Below are positions 1 through 17,370 of a DNA stretch of 64,000 bases, in pieces; within the stretch, counting starts at the first letter, position 1, and each line of letters begins with the position of its first letter. The notes beneath the pieces are model-generated. The model was not told the DNA's origin. It saw only the letters and a list, made by a program, of their open reading frames with translations, and searched no databases. Position numbers and translations under genes: made by a program. Origin of the DNA: the human T2T-CHM13v2.0 reference genome, Homo sapiens; the NCBI RefSeq assembly GCF_009914755.1, contig NC_060933.1, one strand, 5' to 3'.

Positions 1-547
1 ACCAATTGACACAAATCCATTTTCTGCAGCCTCTAATGCCTTGGTTTGTTTGTCTTTCAGCACAGGGATAATTCAGTGGCAGTGAATAGCTGGGATAGAA
101 AGCATGGTGTGTTTCTCCTAAGCGTATATTGCATGTGGTACGGCACTTCATATTGTGAAGAGGAATACATTAAGTGGATGATGCATGCCATGCTTTAAAA
201 AATGAAAAAAGAAAATAGCTTTCTTTCAAATATGAAGGACTTAGAATGAAATTTTAAGGAAATAGTAACATAAATACATGTAAAATTCACTTGGTGAATG
301 TTTTTAGAAATGTTTTTTTAAATGGCAGCAAATGCATATCACTGATCTCTAGGTCTTTGCATTTTTAGACTTCTCTGATTAATAAGTAAAAATTTACATG
401 GGGATAAATTTTGCTAGAGGGATTTCTCAATAAAGATAGTTGGGTCCCCCAATGTTAATGTAGCTTACTAATAGGAGATATGGCAAATAAAACAACTGCT
501 AGAATATCTAAAAATTATAATCAAGATTGCAGAACATCTTAGGGATT

Positions 548-564
548 TGTGTGTGTGTGTGTGT
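548..564. repeat. (TG)8 microsatellite
   Basis: tgtgtgtgtgtgtgtgt read directly. Confidence 0.9.
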
Positions 565-1112
565 TTATAACTTTAAAAAGAGGGATGATATTCTACCTTC
601 AAAAGGAACATAATTATCCAGAGCTGGTTCCTTAGTGAGGTCACTGGTGGACCAATTTTGCAGCTGAGAAACTGCCTTTCTTTCATGGAGACTCTGAATG
701 TTGTTCTCTTAGCTCAGGTTTTACTCCTTGCCACCACTCTCTTCTTGTACTAATGTTTTCAGCTTGTATTCATCCACTAACCCCCAACATCATATTAAAG
801 CTTCAGACAAAAAAAGGATTTGACTCATTTAGGGTCTAAGATCTGTATTTTCTTCATTGTAGCTGTATTTCGCATTCATTGTTTGTAGTGCAGAAATGTT
901 GATATTTGCTACAGTTTGGACACACTCTTCTTATTAATATTATTATTATTTTCAGGACAAAATGTCTCATGCTTCTTTCTGAAGTGTAATATGTGTGTTA
1001 TAAATATTTTTATGATAAAAAATAGTAAATCAAAGGTGCATACATCATGCTATCTTTTACCAAGCAAAATTAGTTCTCTGAAAATAAACTTCTTTATTTA
1101 AAATGTATAATC

Positions 1113-1325
1113 TCAGTAAACACTTATTTAGCGTTTATTATGGACCAGTCATCACTTTAAGTCCTTTATATATAAAATGATTTAATGTTGGCAGCAGATC
1201 TGTTTTATATTCAAGGAAACTGAGATATTGGAAAGTAAATAGTTAACTATTTGCTAACTAAGTAGAAACCATGGGATTTGAACACTGCTAGTCTGACACA
1301 GAGACCTTGCTCTTTCCGCTATTGT
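1113..1325 (-). mobile_element. MIR SINE, diverged
   Basis: MIR core remnants 'aaggaaactgag' and 'gggatttgaac...agtctgacacagag' in reverse orientation. Confidence 0.65.
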
Positions 1326-2578
1326 ATATAGCATGTTAGCTATTCCAGACCAGTCTGTATTGAAACTCAACATCCACTTTCCAGCTTTAGAGCAATGTGC
1401 ATTAAGAAATGGACCAGCAGAACCAACAAATACTTGAGTGCTTGTTACCTCAAGAAAGGAAACAGAAAGCAAAGTACGCCTGGGGAAAGGTACACCTGCT
1501 CCCACCATAGCTTCCCAGATGTGCATTAACCAATTGAAAAACTGTATATTGTTCAGCTTCTAACGTTCTGACCAGCAATAGATGAAGATTTCTTAAACTC
1601 TTTTATTTTCATTCCAATGTAGAACAGACAATTAAAATTCAATATGAGCCATTTTATCCCAGGCACAGGCATTAAGAACAATGGGAGCACCCAAGCGTGA
1701 TCACTCAGGCTTTTAGGAGGGGTAGTCAATGCATTTGATTTTTTTTGTTTCATCATCCTGACTTCAGGAGACATGTTTGGTCTGTGTGGCCATACTCTTG
1801 CCTTGATTTCTGATGTATAAACTATTGCGCGTCAAAACAGCAACTACACATTGCATAAATTAAGTTATATCCAAATGTAACAATCTGGAATTTTATTTTG
1901 TAGTCAAAAAACAGATGAACACTAAATGTACAGGAAACAAATGTGAACATAGTTTCTTTTATATTCTCACATTTTTTATTGGGAAAATCAATTGTTTTCA
2001 TGTTTCAAATGGGAACCTTCATTTATTACATAATAGCAATAAATTGTGAGAATTAGAAAATGCTTGGGTCTAATGTATATGTGTGATAGTAACATAGTTA
2101 CAGGATTTATAAAATATAAGATATTTAAATCCTATTGTATTTAGGATTTTGGGTACTAATATAAACTCATTAGAGTCTCTAATATTAGGATTTGAGGTGA
2201 TGGATTAACAATACCCCCTTTCCCCTTTGATTTTGTGTCACTTGAGAAGTAGAATTGGGCTCAAGAAGATGGAGATCAAAATATCAGCATTAGTATGAAG
2301 GAGATTTCAGACAAAACAGATTATGTGGATGGAAATGATGAACTGTGTGGTTACTTTCAGATAAGTTGTGGAAGCATTCAAGCATAAGATGAGAATATAG
2401 GCTAGGCAACTCTAATATCTCATCTAACCATGCAAGTGAGTGATTCTAAACCCAATATTTGCATTTAATTATTTTGAAACTCTTCATATTCACTACGTTT
2501 TCACAGAACATCTGGGTCTTTAGTAAAATAAAGAATAATAAAAAATACATTAAAAATCCACAAAATACTATAATTCTT

Positions 2579-2872
2579 GGCCAGGTGCAGTGGCTTATGA
2601 CTGTAATCCCAGCACTCTGGGAGACAGAGGCAGGCAAATCGCTTGAGGTCAGGAGTTTGAGACTAGCCTGGCCAACATGGTAAAACGTTGTCTCTACTAA
2701 AAGTAGAAAAATTAGCCAGGCATGGTGGCATGTCTATAATCCCAGCTACTCAGGAGGCTGAGGGAAGAAGGCGGAGGTTGCAATGAGCCAAGATGGTACC
2801 ACTGCACTCCAGCCTGGGCCACAGAGCAGGATTTCATCTCAAAAATAAATAAATAAATAATAATAATAATAA
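2579..2872 (+). mobile_element. AluS (Sx-like) with ~20-bp deletion in right arm
   Basis: ggccaggtgcagtggct start, A-rich linker, (AAAT)/(AAT) tail; 'gaatcgcttgaaccc' missing; degenerate TSD aatactataattctt / aataataataattcct. Confidence 0.93.
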
Positions 2873-5800
2873 TTCCTACCATTAGGTGGTTTTCATTTAA
2901 GCTATAGAGAGAAATATATTAAATATGCTATTCAAAATATTAACATCAACCAAATGTACTGCATTGAGAGATAAGAGAATATTAGTGAAGAGAGAAATTA
3001 TGGTGGACTGCCATAAAAGAAAAAACCTCACCCTGGGGTTTTTCAAATGATTCATTTCAAATGAGACTCATTTCAAATGATTGGGGAGGTTTGGAAAGGG
3101 GAACAGAAAATACATAACAGAATAAAGAAACTAGTGCGCAGATATATACCAACTATGTGCCATTGTCAGTATGTACTAGCTAATCCAGTCCAGTTTTACT
3201 TGCACAGGAGAGGAAACAATCTAGCCTGGAGCAGAGCATCGATGATGAAGAGCAACAGAAGTGGCCAGGCCTTTAAGGTGAGAATGGACTTAGAGGTGCT
3301 TGAAAGGCAGAAAGAGAAAAGAAACTCTTACGCTCCTGAATAGGAGCTTACATTGTTATTTAAGCAATATTATTCTAGAGGGGAAAAACTAGAGATAAAA
3401 TAAATAATAAAAAGGGTATAACAGGAACACGGGTATGAAACAATGAAATCCTGGGTTAGAGTGGCAGCATTGTAGACAGAAAGGAAAAGGTGAATCTGAG
3501 AAACACTTCCCTACAGGGCAAGAGGCTCTGGTAAAGCTCTAATGCCCTATGCTTGTAGAAGAAGCTTTAACTAGAAAGTACACTTTGTGAGCCAAATCTA
3601 AAACTCTGGGGGAAAACAGGTAATCTATGAATTTATAAGAATAAGATTTTATGTTTCACAGCTCAGAAAAATATCCAGAACTGCATCTTTGGCTTTCTTA
3701 TAAATTCATAGATTACCTATTTTCCCCCAGAGTTTTGATTTTAACTCAGAAAGAGTACTTCCTGCTTAAAAGCTTATTCTACAAGCATAGCGTGAGAGAG
3801 AAAGAATTCCCTGACCCAGGAACCGGACTTGTTTGTTTTCAGAGTTTTTGTTTTCAACTAGTTTCGGCAGTGAGAGCGCAATTACATTCAAATAGGAGAG
3901 ACTTGCAGTGTGCTCAAGTCCAGATTGAGAAAGAATCAGAGGTTCTAGGATTGACAGAAGGTTCTAATTGGCTTTTCATATGGGATAAAAGACTGGGATG
4001 TATGCTCTTTGTAAACTGAGGTGCCTATCATTATTCAAAGGATGACTGAACTCTTATTGCGGAAAAACGTGTGGGAGGCAATAAACGGTCTTTTCATTTT
4101 AACTTAAGTGACGCAATTAAAAATGATGCCCTGATTATTTATAATTTTTCTAAGCACCTCCTTCTCACAATACCACACCCCTCCTCATCACATAGTTACG
4201 TTTTTTCAGATACTAACCTATGTTACCACATGTATCTGACCTGAAATATCTACATTGGATCTGATTGTTTTTAAAAATTCATCAAAAATATAATGTGACT
4301 CCCTCCTTTCTTAAATATAAGTTGGTGTATTTGCAAAGGGAGGGTTATATCTTGTTCTCGAGTAATCTCCAAAAGTACTATTTGGTTTTATCATAATTCT
4401 CAGAAATAAAGTGAATGCACCTACAGAACCATTAGCTCTAAAATAAAAGGTATAATGCTGGGTTGCAACCCTGTGCAATTTCAGACACCCATGCTTATAT
4501 TATATATTTCATTGATTAACTTAAAGTTACATGAAATATTTCCTTTGTTTATTTATTCATTCACGATCACCTGGAGAAAATTTTAAATATTTCTAACTTA
4601 TTACAGTGTGATGTAAAAGCCAAGTGTGCCAAGGGATTTTAATATTCTCAATTTTTTTTAGAAAAGTTTAAAACTGGAGAAAATAATTGTCAGTGCATGT
4701 TTCCCTCCATTGTTACGTCTGCCACCTGATTAAACTATGCTAATGAGACAGTAACTCCTGCAAAATCAGCACTGGGCATCATTTGTCAATAAATGAAAAC
4801 AAAAGTCTATCAATTTGGTACTTGTCAGTTTGCGTTCTTATAAACAACAACAACAAGGAGTAAGAAGAGCAAAAGGGTGAAGAACTTGTAGTTTCAAAAT
4901 TGTCTTAGTTGGGGTGTTATTTTGGAGCTCATTGGTAAGGTCAGCTGATGCAGGATTTCAAAGGCAATTAGAGTAAATCAAACTGCAGAACATCCCCATG
5001 GGCTAGTTTGAAGATATCTTCGAAAGATGCTTTTTTTCCCGCTAACCCTGGTTGCTGCCACATCTAGCAGCTGCTTTCTTTTTGACAATTCGTCACTCCT
5101 GAAAAATGTTTGCAAGCAGTTTGAATAATTTCCAATTCATTCTTGCAGGAAATGAGGATTTGCTTCCTCACTTGGGATACCTGCTGCTAGGTTTATTCAC
5201 TAATAAGCATGACAAATGTTTTAGCCTTTGATCAGTGCTAATTTAACAAGTAAGCTCCCCAGAAGAAAAAAAAGTCTTTGAGGCTCAGGGGCTCAAGACA
5301 GCACATGAGTTGGAAATATGATTGATTGTGTTGCTGTGAGAAATTTCCATAAAAAACTTTTATCACACTGCTATGTTCTCAACAATTAAATCAAAAATGA
5401 AAGATAGTTACTTTCCGAAGAAGGACAGAGGCAGTCTAGCAAACTTCACAAGACATTATTTTAAAAAAACTAGCTCAGAATAATTTTCCAGAGAAATATC
5501 AGTTTTCTTTTTCATCAATTTCCATCCACATTACTTTATCCATTTGTTTTTCCTCATTCTAACTTATCATCTTCACACATGATTCTTTGTTCTCCTCCCT
5601 CAACAGACCTACAAGTAGTATTTAAAATAAACTGTAACATGAAATGTATTATGAAAATTGAACAAATCAGACGGAAAATAAATGGATGCTTTGTTGTCAT
5701 GAGTTTAGAATTCATTACTGTAGAAAGGAGTTGGACAAAATTAAGTGTCCAAATAATGGAAGTTTCTGCAATTTGTTAATTGAAGAGTAGTTAACATATC

Positions 5801-5954
5801 CATTCACCGAAGGAGACATCAGCAGTAAGCAAACATAGAGAAGGTCAAGTTCCCCTGGTTCCATATCAAATTTTGTATTCACATCATATGACTGTATGAC
5901 ATATGACCCAGTATATGGCTGAGTTTTTTTCCATGGTAAAAGAAGATTTTGTTT

Positions 5955-6267
<313 letters not shown>

Positions 6268-6499
6268 TTAAATCAGTTCTTACTACACAGAAGTTTGCAT
6301 TTCCAATTAACATTTCAAAATATTTAACTTATGTAAAATAAAAGATGCACAAATGAGTCATTCCCTTAGCGTTTAATACACTCAACAAAATACTCTCTCT
6401 GCAAGAGGTAGGCATATGGATATAAATGTGGGTAGAATCTAGTCATCAGTAATAATAATTTTCTGTGATTAAGCTTTACACTACAGGGTGACAAAGGGC

Positions 6500-6890
6500 A
6501 GAAGTAACACCATTTTAAAAGAAGAATCTGAAAAGGAAAGACTAGAAAAAAAACCTTCCACGATGATTCAATGGTATGAGGAGAGCTAAAAATATTAAGA
6601 CAAGACAGATACCGGTTACTATATATGGACACAAGCATATGTACTAAAAGCCTAACAACACAGAAGAATACTGGTTCTCTTGTGCTACAGAGGAGAGAAG
6701 TAGGCGAATGGGATAGGGGAGTGGTATAAATGAGTCTCCGTTCGTATCTGTGTTATTTTATTTTCAGAGAAACAATCAGAACATTTAACCTCTGTAAATT
6801 TTAATGGTAGTGGTAGAAGTGTTCATTGAATTTGCTTCTAAACTTTTTGGAGGGTTTAAAATATTCTGTAATAAAATGTATCAAAAGTTT
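6500..6890 (+). mobile_element. old L1 (L1ME-like) 3' fragment
   Basis: diverged L1M 3'UTR-like text ending 'tttaaaatattctgtaataaaatg'. Confidence 0.4.
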
Positions 6891-7049
6891 ATTAAACTTT
6901 ATACAACTGCTTTTAATTATAGAAAGAAAATGATGGAGAACTGTTAGAGGAAATGCTCAAAAGTTCTTATTTGATTGACTTGCAATATGTAACTTTTTTT
7001 CCCTATGTGTAAAATGGAAAAATATGTCGTTAAGAGTTCATAAGTTTAA

Positions 7050-7720
<671 letters not shown>

Positions 7721-8200
7721 TTCATGCTTACTATTTTGAAATGGACATATTATTCAATGCTTATGATTTGATTATTATAAACTTGCAGTTAAATAATTTG
7801 TTTCATAGAATTATGTGCTAAATGTTCTTACAGTCTCTACTACACCCATCATCCCCTTATAAATAAACTGGGCTGCTCACACCTTATGTGGAAAGGAGAG
7901 CCTGTGAGATACCATTTGAAAAGGTACCCCTAACCATTGCTAATGGAATCAGACTCAGACATATGAACCGATGACTCTACAAACGATGCTAGAAAAAAAA
8001 CTCTGGAATAACTTGGGCCAATAGGATGCTCGATATTGTAAAGATCATGTGGAAAATATGCAAAAGATTGATTCATCAACACTAGGAGAAGCTACACGTC
8101 AACAAAATAAGGTGATGATGTAGAGTAGGATCAATGAGCAATCTGTTTCACTCCGTATCAACAAGAATATGAACAATGCAACCCAACTGGCTGACAATAT

Positions 8201-10657
<2,457 letters not shown>

Positions 10658-11230
10658 TGTGGTGTAGATTAAGTGTAAATGAGAAATGAAATAATGAAAA
10701 CCAAAGGAATAATCAATGTAGTACTTCTTGCACATACGATTTGAAGGAAGTTTGGAATCCAGCTTATCATAGTGAAAAATTTTGTTTAAAAAATTAAAGG
10801 TTGTGTACTTTCAGAGTTACATCTAAGAATCCCAATTTGCAAACAAAAAATTGCTATATTGGTAAACAAGAATTTTGTAATCAAGGACTGCAAACTTGAG
10901 ACTTATTTATGCCCTCTCAACCCCGTAAGAATTCATAGACACGTCAGAAAATTGGGTACGGATGAACTAAACAAGAATGACATTATCCAGAAATGGTCAA
11001 GGAACCTTGCTGAACCAGACTGTGCCAGATAACAGAAAAGGATACTGGCAGGAGAAAGAAATTCTCAATTCTTTATGCATCCCTCAGGTTTCTTTCTTTC
11101 AGTAATGTACTTGTGAAAATGCTGTTTCAGCTTTCTCCCTTGCTTTCTTTTTGAACTAATTTACAAAATGAAGTTGATTCATATCAGAAATATCTTTGTC
11201 AGTGCCAACCTGTCAGTGCACCTAAAAAAG

Positions 11231-11268
11231 CTTCTTAGTGAAGAGAAACACTTCTTAGTGAAGAGAAA
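11231..11268. repeat. 20-bp tandem duplication
   Basis: cttcttagtgaagagaaa(ca) x2. Confidence 0.9.
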
Positions 11269-11829
11269 TCTGAAGTAGAAACAGCTTTGAACTGCAATGC
11301 AGAGGATCAAGTCCCACCTAGTTTAATAGCTATGCCACTCTTGGCAGGACACTTGTCTTCTGCCCTTAGTGTCCTTATCTGTATATTGAGGGGTCATTTA
11401 AGGCTTGTTCTACCATTGTACATTGTGTGATAATGCAGGAGCTTTAATACTGGACAAATTATTTCCCATCGTTTTCATGGACCAGAATTCTATGTCCAAT
11501 AGTTCTATTAGGGCTACTGTTAGTCCTTCCATTAAAGTGTTGTTAGCAAGGTGTTATAACTTGGCTGACTCAATAAGTGAGTTCATTTATAGAATAACAT
11601 CAAGACTTTAAATATACAAAATCACATTATTTTACAAATTCTTATAAAGATATGCCACACAGCTGCATGTAAGCATTTGGGGCTTACAGATTAATCCCCT
11701 GAGGAATATGTAATTAAATGAGGTAACAATGATGGTATATATTTCAATTTAAAAAATAATTTTAAAAATATATTTATTGAAACAGCACAATTCACTATTA
11801 ACCTCATGAAACATTTCTTAGGCTTGATC

Positions 11830-13215
11830 TGAAAGAGGCAAATTAAAAGTATAGTAAAATACCATTTCTCATCCATTAAATGATGCACAAAAATCCAAAA
11901 GTTTGGGGCATGCATGTATTGCTGATAGGAATGCAAGGTGATACAACCACTATTGATTGCAATTTGGTAATATCTAAAATAAAATATATATGCATTTACA
12001 ATTTGATTCAGCAACCCGAGCTCAAGAAATCTAACCCAAAGCTACAGTGGCAAAAGTGTGAAGTCATATATCTAGAAGAAATTGCAGCAATTGCTTTACT
12101 AGAAAAACATGGTAATTTTCCAAATGCCCACCATTAGAGGAGTGGCTGAGTCAACAATTTTACATTTACAGAAAGTACTATCTAGGACTTTGTGCCTGCA
12201 GAAAGGAATAAGTATCTCTATACATGGTTGTGGAGTTATCTACAAGATACGTAGTTCAGTAAAAATATAAGGTGCCAAACTCTTCATACTGTACTACCTT
12301 TTATGTAAGAAAAGGAGTATATTAACACATATATTTCATTATATTTAAAAAAGCATTGGAAAGATAAACCAAAAATAATAAAAGTGATTACTTCAAGGAG
12401 GATGCAGAGAATAGAGTTGAATACTAGATTCCTTTGTATTGGTTGGTTTTGAAATTGCTCGGTTTTGAAAATTTAGCTTTGGGACAATCAAGCCTTTTAC
12501 ATGATTATAAGACAAATTTCAGTCAGAGTGAATAAATCAGTTCCCAAAACTGAAAGTAAAACAAAACTGATAATTGAGTGGCTGACTTAACTAAACCCAG
12601 GAGAATCACTTCAAATAACACTTAAATGTAGATGTTAACTAAACACCTATAATTGAGTATATCCTAAGGTCAAAGGAATTACAAAAGCACACTAAACTCT
12701 TCTTCATAACTAAGTAGTTAGTAAATGTTAGCCATTGTTAGCAAGCATTATTAGTAATAGTAATAGTACCAATATTACTAGTAGTCTGAACTAATAATAG
12801 TAATTGTAATAATAATAGTAAAAGGAAATGAGTAACTATGCTGGTGCTGTTTAAAACAAAGGTTTTAGTGTGAGAGATAATGGATACAAATATAAGATTA
12901 AAAATTAAGTGAGAACCCCATAATTATAAATTTGAATTGGAAATGACCATATTTCCAAAAGTGGAAAATGTCTAGATACAATTACAAACAATGACTCTCT
13001 CAGTGTCTTGGTCCTAATATATTCCACTGAAGGAAACCAAGGCTACTTGGAAAATTGGCTAATTTCAGATCTTAGGTAGCAAATGTACAAGATAACCTTG
13101 GAGCATCACGTTTTACAAGAAAGCAAAGAAGCTATTGAAAACTACTGGGATCATGTGAAAAATGATGCAAAAGCAAGCTAGAAAGTACTCTTACTGACCA
13201 AAGTCAGGAAAATGT
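11830..13215 (+). mobile_element. old L1M (L1MC/MD/ME-like) ORF2 end and 3'UTR
   Basis: ORF 11880-12137 is a decayed ORF2 C-terminus; L1MC/D-type 3'UTR motif 'aaatgtacaagataaccttggagcatc'. Confidence 0.6.
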
Positions 13216-13974
13216 GCATTATTACATATACATGAGGCCTGTTTATTATTTAAAAATTAATATGAAGAAAAAATACAGCAACAGTTAATTCTTTCTTATT
13301 TATTTGTAACCAATCTTTTCCAAAACTTCAGTGTGTTTTTTTCAGAAAAGTATCTTCAAATAGGAACTTGAAACCTATGGGGTTATTTTACTTAGAAACA
13401 CCACATAAAAATTATAAACATCACCAAATCTTAAAGGTAATATTGGCACTTTCCAAATAACATGGTATGGGGGATGAAAATAATTTTGCCAAATTTTTGA
13501 TACTATAAAGGATTATTTTAATCTAAATTTAATATTCTTATGACCTATAAATTAAACTTTGTATAGCATTTTATTTAAATTTTTTATTAAAAATTATATT
13601 GTTGTACAATTTATTTCAAGAAACTAAAGTATTTAAATTAACAAAAAATAATTTTTACTATGTGCATGTTACAAATATTATTAAAGAATGAGGTCCTGTG
13701 GACTTTTGCATGCATATTTATTTATATATTTTTAAATACATTTACCTATTTATCATAGATCATGTAAGAAAGATGGATAATTTTTAATTCTCACACAATT
13801 TTGTGGCATTGTGTATAACTTGAAAAGAAAACTACAAGTCAAAAACATCATTACGGAGAATTTAGTCTTTAAGAATGTGAAAAAGAGAGAAAGAATTAGA
13901 AATGACAATGTCATACCTTGTTATTTTTAACATCATATTAACTTTGGGTGAGTTTGTATATTTATTCATTGTAA

Positions 13975-14353
<379 letters not shown>

Positions 14354-15179
14354 CAATGTACATTATTTTTAAATATGTAAATAAATACATGTAGTTATAT
14401 CCTACAGTACATTTATTGAATTTAAAAGAACTTGAATTAACAAGAATTTTCATTTAACACTTGCACTTTCTATAGGCCTTTCAAAAAATATAATGGAACA
14501 GCTGAAGCCTTCAAGTCTAGAGCCACGATGCAGTCTTCTTGCTACTGGAGAGTTGCATACATTGCATTAAATTCTTCTAAGAGACTCATGGATTGCTCTT
14601 TCGTAGCAGTGATAATATCTGGTATCCTATCCCATATTATGTTAACTTATTAATCAAATTATTTTATTTATACTGCTTTAATTTATTTATTTTGTCTTTA
14701 AGTGTTCTGTTTTATTTTTATTGACTACTAAAGTACACTTTATGTATAACATCCCTTTATTGTTTGTGAGGCTGGCTTTACGTGCAATAATCAAGGAACT
14801 TTAGCTGATAGACTTATTATAACAAAATTAGAGGAAAATGATTTCTCTGGGGCACTATAACAGCTGCTATTAATTTCTTAATTGTTCTCGTGTATGTTGC
14901 TTAGTATAATCGATGTCAATTTGTGAGTTCTAGAACACATTAAAAACAGTCTTCATTGAAATAAACTATAGCTATATTTTTCTTTACCAGAATATGTGGT
15001 CATGAGATTTTTCAGGAACAAATGACCTTTTGAAATGGGAGAAGAATTAATAGTTTAATAGCATTGGCAGAAGAAACTGTTCTTTTAGGGACATCGGAAA
15101 TATCTTCTTGGCCAATTTGGCTTTGAGTATTAAATTTCAACCACAAAGTTTGGGTCCTTTTAAACGTTTTTATATTTTG

Positions 15180-15600
15180 ATTTGGAAACAATTTCAAATT
15201 TCAAATTTGTGGATTTATCATTTGCTTTCTCTATCTCACTCTCTCGCTGTCTCTTTCCCTCTCAAATAAATACATAGAATATGTAAAATAAATAAAATAC
15301 ACAAATTAAAATAAAAATATTTTTATTATACCTACTTGGGATAATTTGCATACTTCAATAATGTTTCTTAAAAATAATGATATTCTCATATAACCTCAAT
15401 ATAATTATCAACTTCAGTAAATTTAAAATTGATATAGCACTTACTAATGTACCATTTTTGTCACAATTTTGTCAATTGTGTACCCAATAACATTCTTTAT
15501 GGTATTTGTTTACCTTCAACACGGTATCCAGTTTAATGCATCAGCTATTGCATCCAGTTGTAACATCTTTGCTCTTTGTTCATTTTATATTACAGTCTCT
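15180..15600 (-). mobile_element. L1MC4/5-like 3' fragment
   Basis: 'atattctcatataacctcaatataattatcaacttcagtaaatttaaaattgatatagcac' resembles the reversed L1MC 3' end. Confidence 0.55.
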
Positions 15601-15761
15601 TAATATTTAAATATCTCCCGAAAGACATAGCATTAAAGTAATTGTTATAATCTATTATTAATAAAAGAAAAGCAACAAATTGAAAAAACAAACACTTGTA
15701 TAGTGTTTCTATAGAAGAGAGTACTTCTCTCTTATCTTTTATCATCATTTCTCCACCAAAC

Positions 15762-15763
<2 letters not shown>

Positions 15764-15809
<46 letters not shown>

Positions 15810-15931
15810 TTGGTAGAGAGATGGTTTTGCCATGTTGGCCAGGCTGGTCTCGAGCTGCTGACCTCAAGTGATCCACCTGCCTCAGCCTCCCAATGTGCTG
15901 GGATCACAGGCGTGAGCCACTGTGCCCAGCC
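15764..15931 (-). mobile_element. lone Alu left monomer (AluS-type) with (ATT)15 tail
   Basis: left arm only; perfect 12-bp TSD tccaccaaactt at 15752-15763 and 15932-15943. Confidence 0.92.
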
Positions 15932-15949
15932 TCCACCAAACTTCTTAAA

Positions 15950-17370
15950 AGTATACTCTCTACTCCCTCTTCTTGGCTACAGATACCTTAACTTTCTGTC
16001 ATCTGTCTTCTGGCTTTTCTACTCTGAAAACGTTTTTGAAGTCTACCATGACTTTAGAAATCCAATGAACTTCTTGTGCTCTAACTCCTTCTCATCCTTT
16101 CTTAAGCATTTTTTTTTTCTATTTACTACCCTCTTGATACTAGAACCCATCTCTTACTTTGCTCCATTGACCCTGGGTTCTTGTATTTTCTTTACCTTTT
16201 TGGTCAGCTTTTATCTTTCTCATTTCCTGCTTCATATTCTTTTAGTGTCTTAAAAATAAAAACCTTTCTAAACATCCATCTTCAGCACTCTTCAAACCCA
16301 TGGACGCAAAAATTATTATCATGTTAAGAAAATCTAAACAGATATCACAAATCTAATTCACCTGAGTTTCAGGATCCGTCTTTCAATTTGTTGTCTCATT
16401 GGCACTTCACCTTCGTTATCTAAATGTTACTCATAGCCCACCCTGGTAAATTGACTTCACCCTTGTTTTTCTTGTAACAGTTTTACTTAGCTTTAAAAAT
16501 ATGTGTGACTCTCCCACCTCTCTTGCCCTCTATCATCACCTAGGCTTCCCATTTCTAGTTATTCTATCTTGTTAATACTTCTTATATCTATTTTCGCTAT
16601 TCAAACCACCATTATCTAGTTCCAGTCTTATGTACCTTTCAACTTCTTCAACTGATTTCCATGAATCCATTTCTCTTTTCATTCTAATTAGACTATTTCT
16701 CTATTATAATTTCTAATCTTAATTACAAGATTGTTTTACAGTGACATTGCTAAAGAATGCTTCTGATTATTTAATTTTCTTGTGAAAAAAATTTAATGTA
16801 CTTTTATAGAGAATAAAGTACAAAGTCTTTTACCAGGCGATTAAGTTTATCAACGATATTGGCCCCAAATACTTTTTCAAACTCTTTATTTTTTTTTAGT
16901 ATTTCATAATGTACTCCATGATGTTTTTGCATCCTGTGTCTTACTTTATGTCTTCTTTCTCTTTTGTCCACATTTTTGCATGACTTAAAGCCCAAAGCAA
17001 ATGTCTCCTTAGTCAAGAAGTTTCCTGGAAGTTACCAGATGGAATTAATCTCTCCATCCTGTGAGACTCCATTTAAATGACATATATATACATATTACAG
17101 TCTAGGAGGTTTTATATATGTATATATATACACGCACACACAGACACATACAGACATATGCACAGACATACTTATATATGCATATATGTTAATATACATA
17201 TGCATATATATGTGTGTGTTTGTGTGTGTGTGTGTGTGTGTAAAATCTCCTAGACTATAACATTCTAGTAGTTCATTAAACCTCTAGTCTGATTCTTCTT
17301 TGTGTCACAAAATCCCTTGCACACAATAGGTTCTTGATAAATACTTGTTTCTTAAATAAATGAGTGTGCT
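15950..17370 (+). mobile_element. L2 LINE, fragmented
   Basis: pyrimidine-rich L2-like body ending in the L2 3' terminus 'gcacacaataggttcttgataaatacttg...taaatgagtg'. Confidence 0.55.
17113..17241. repeat. compound (TA)/(CA)/(TG) microsatellite
   Basis: read directly. Confidence 0.9.

Noticed and set aside
15696-16253. 185-aa ORF with poly-Ile, membrane-protein-like
   Set aside because: Read-through of (ATT)15, an antisense Alu arm and pyrimidine-rich L2
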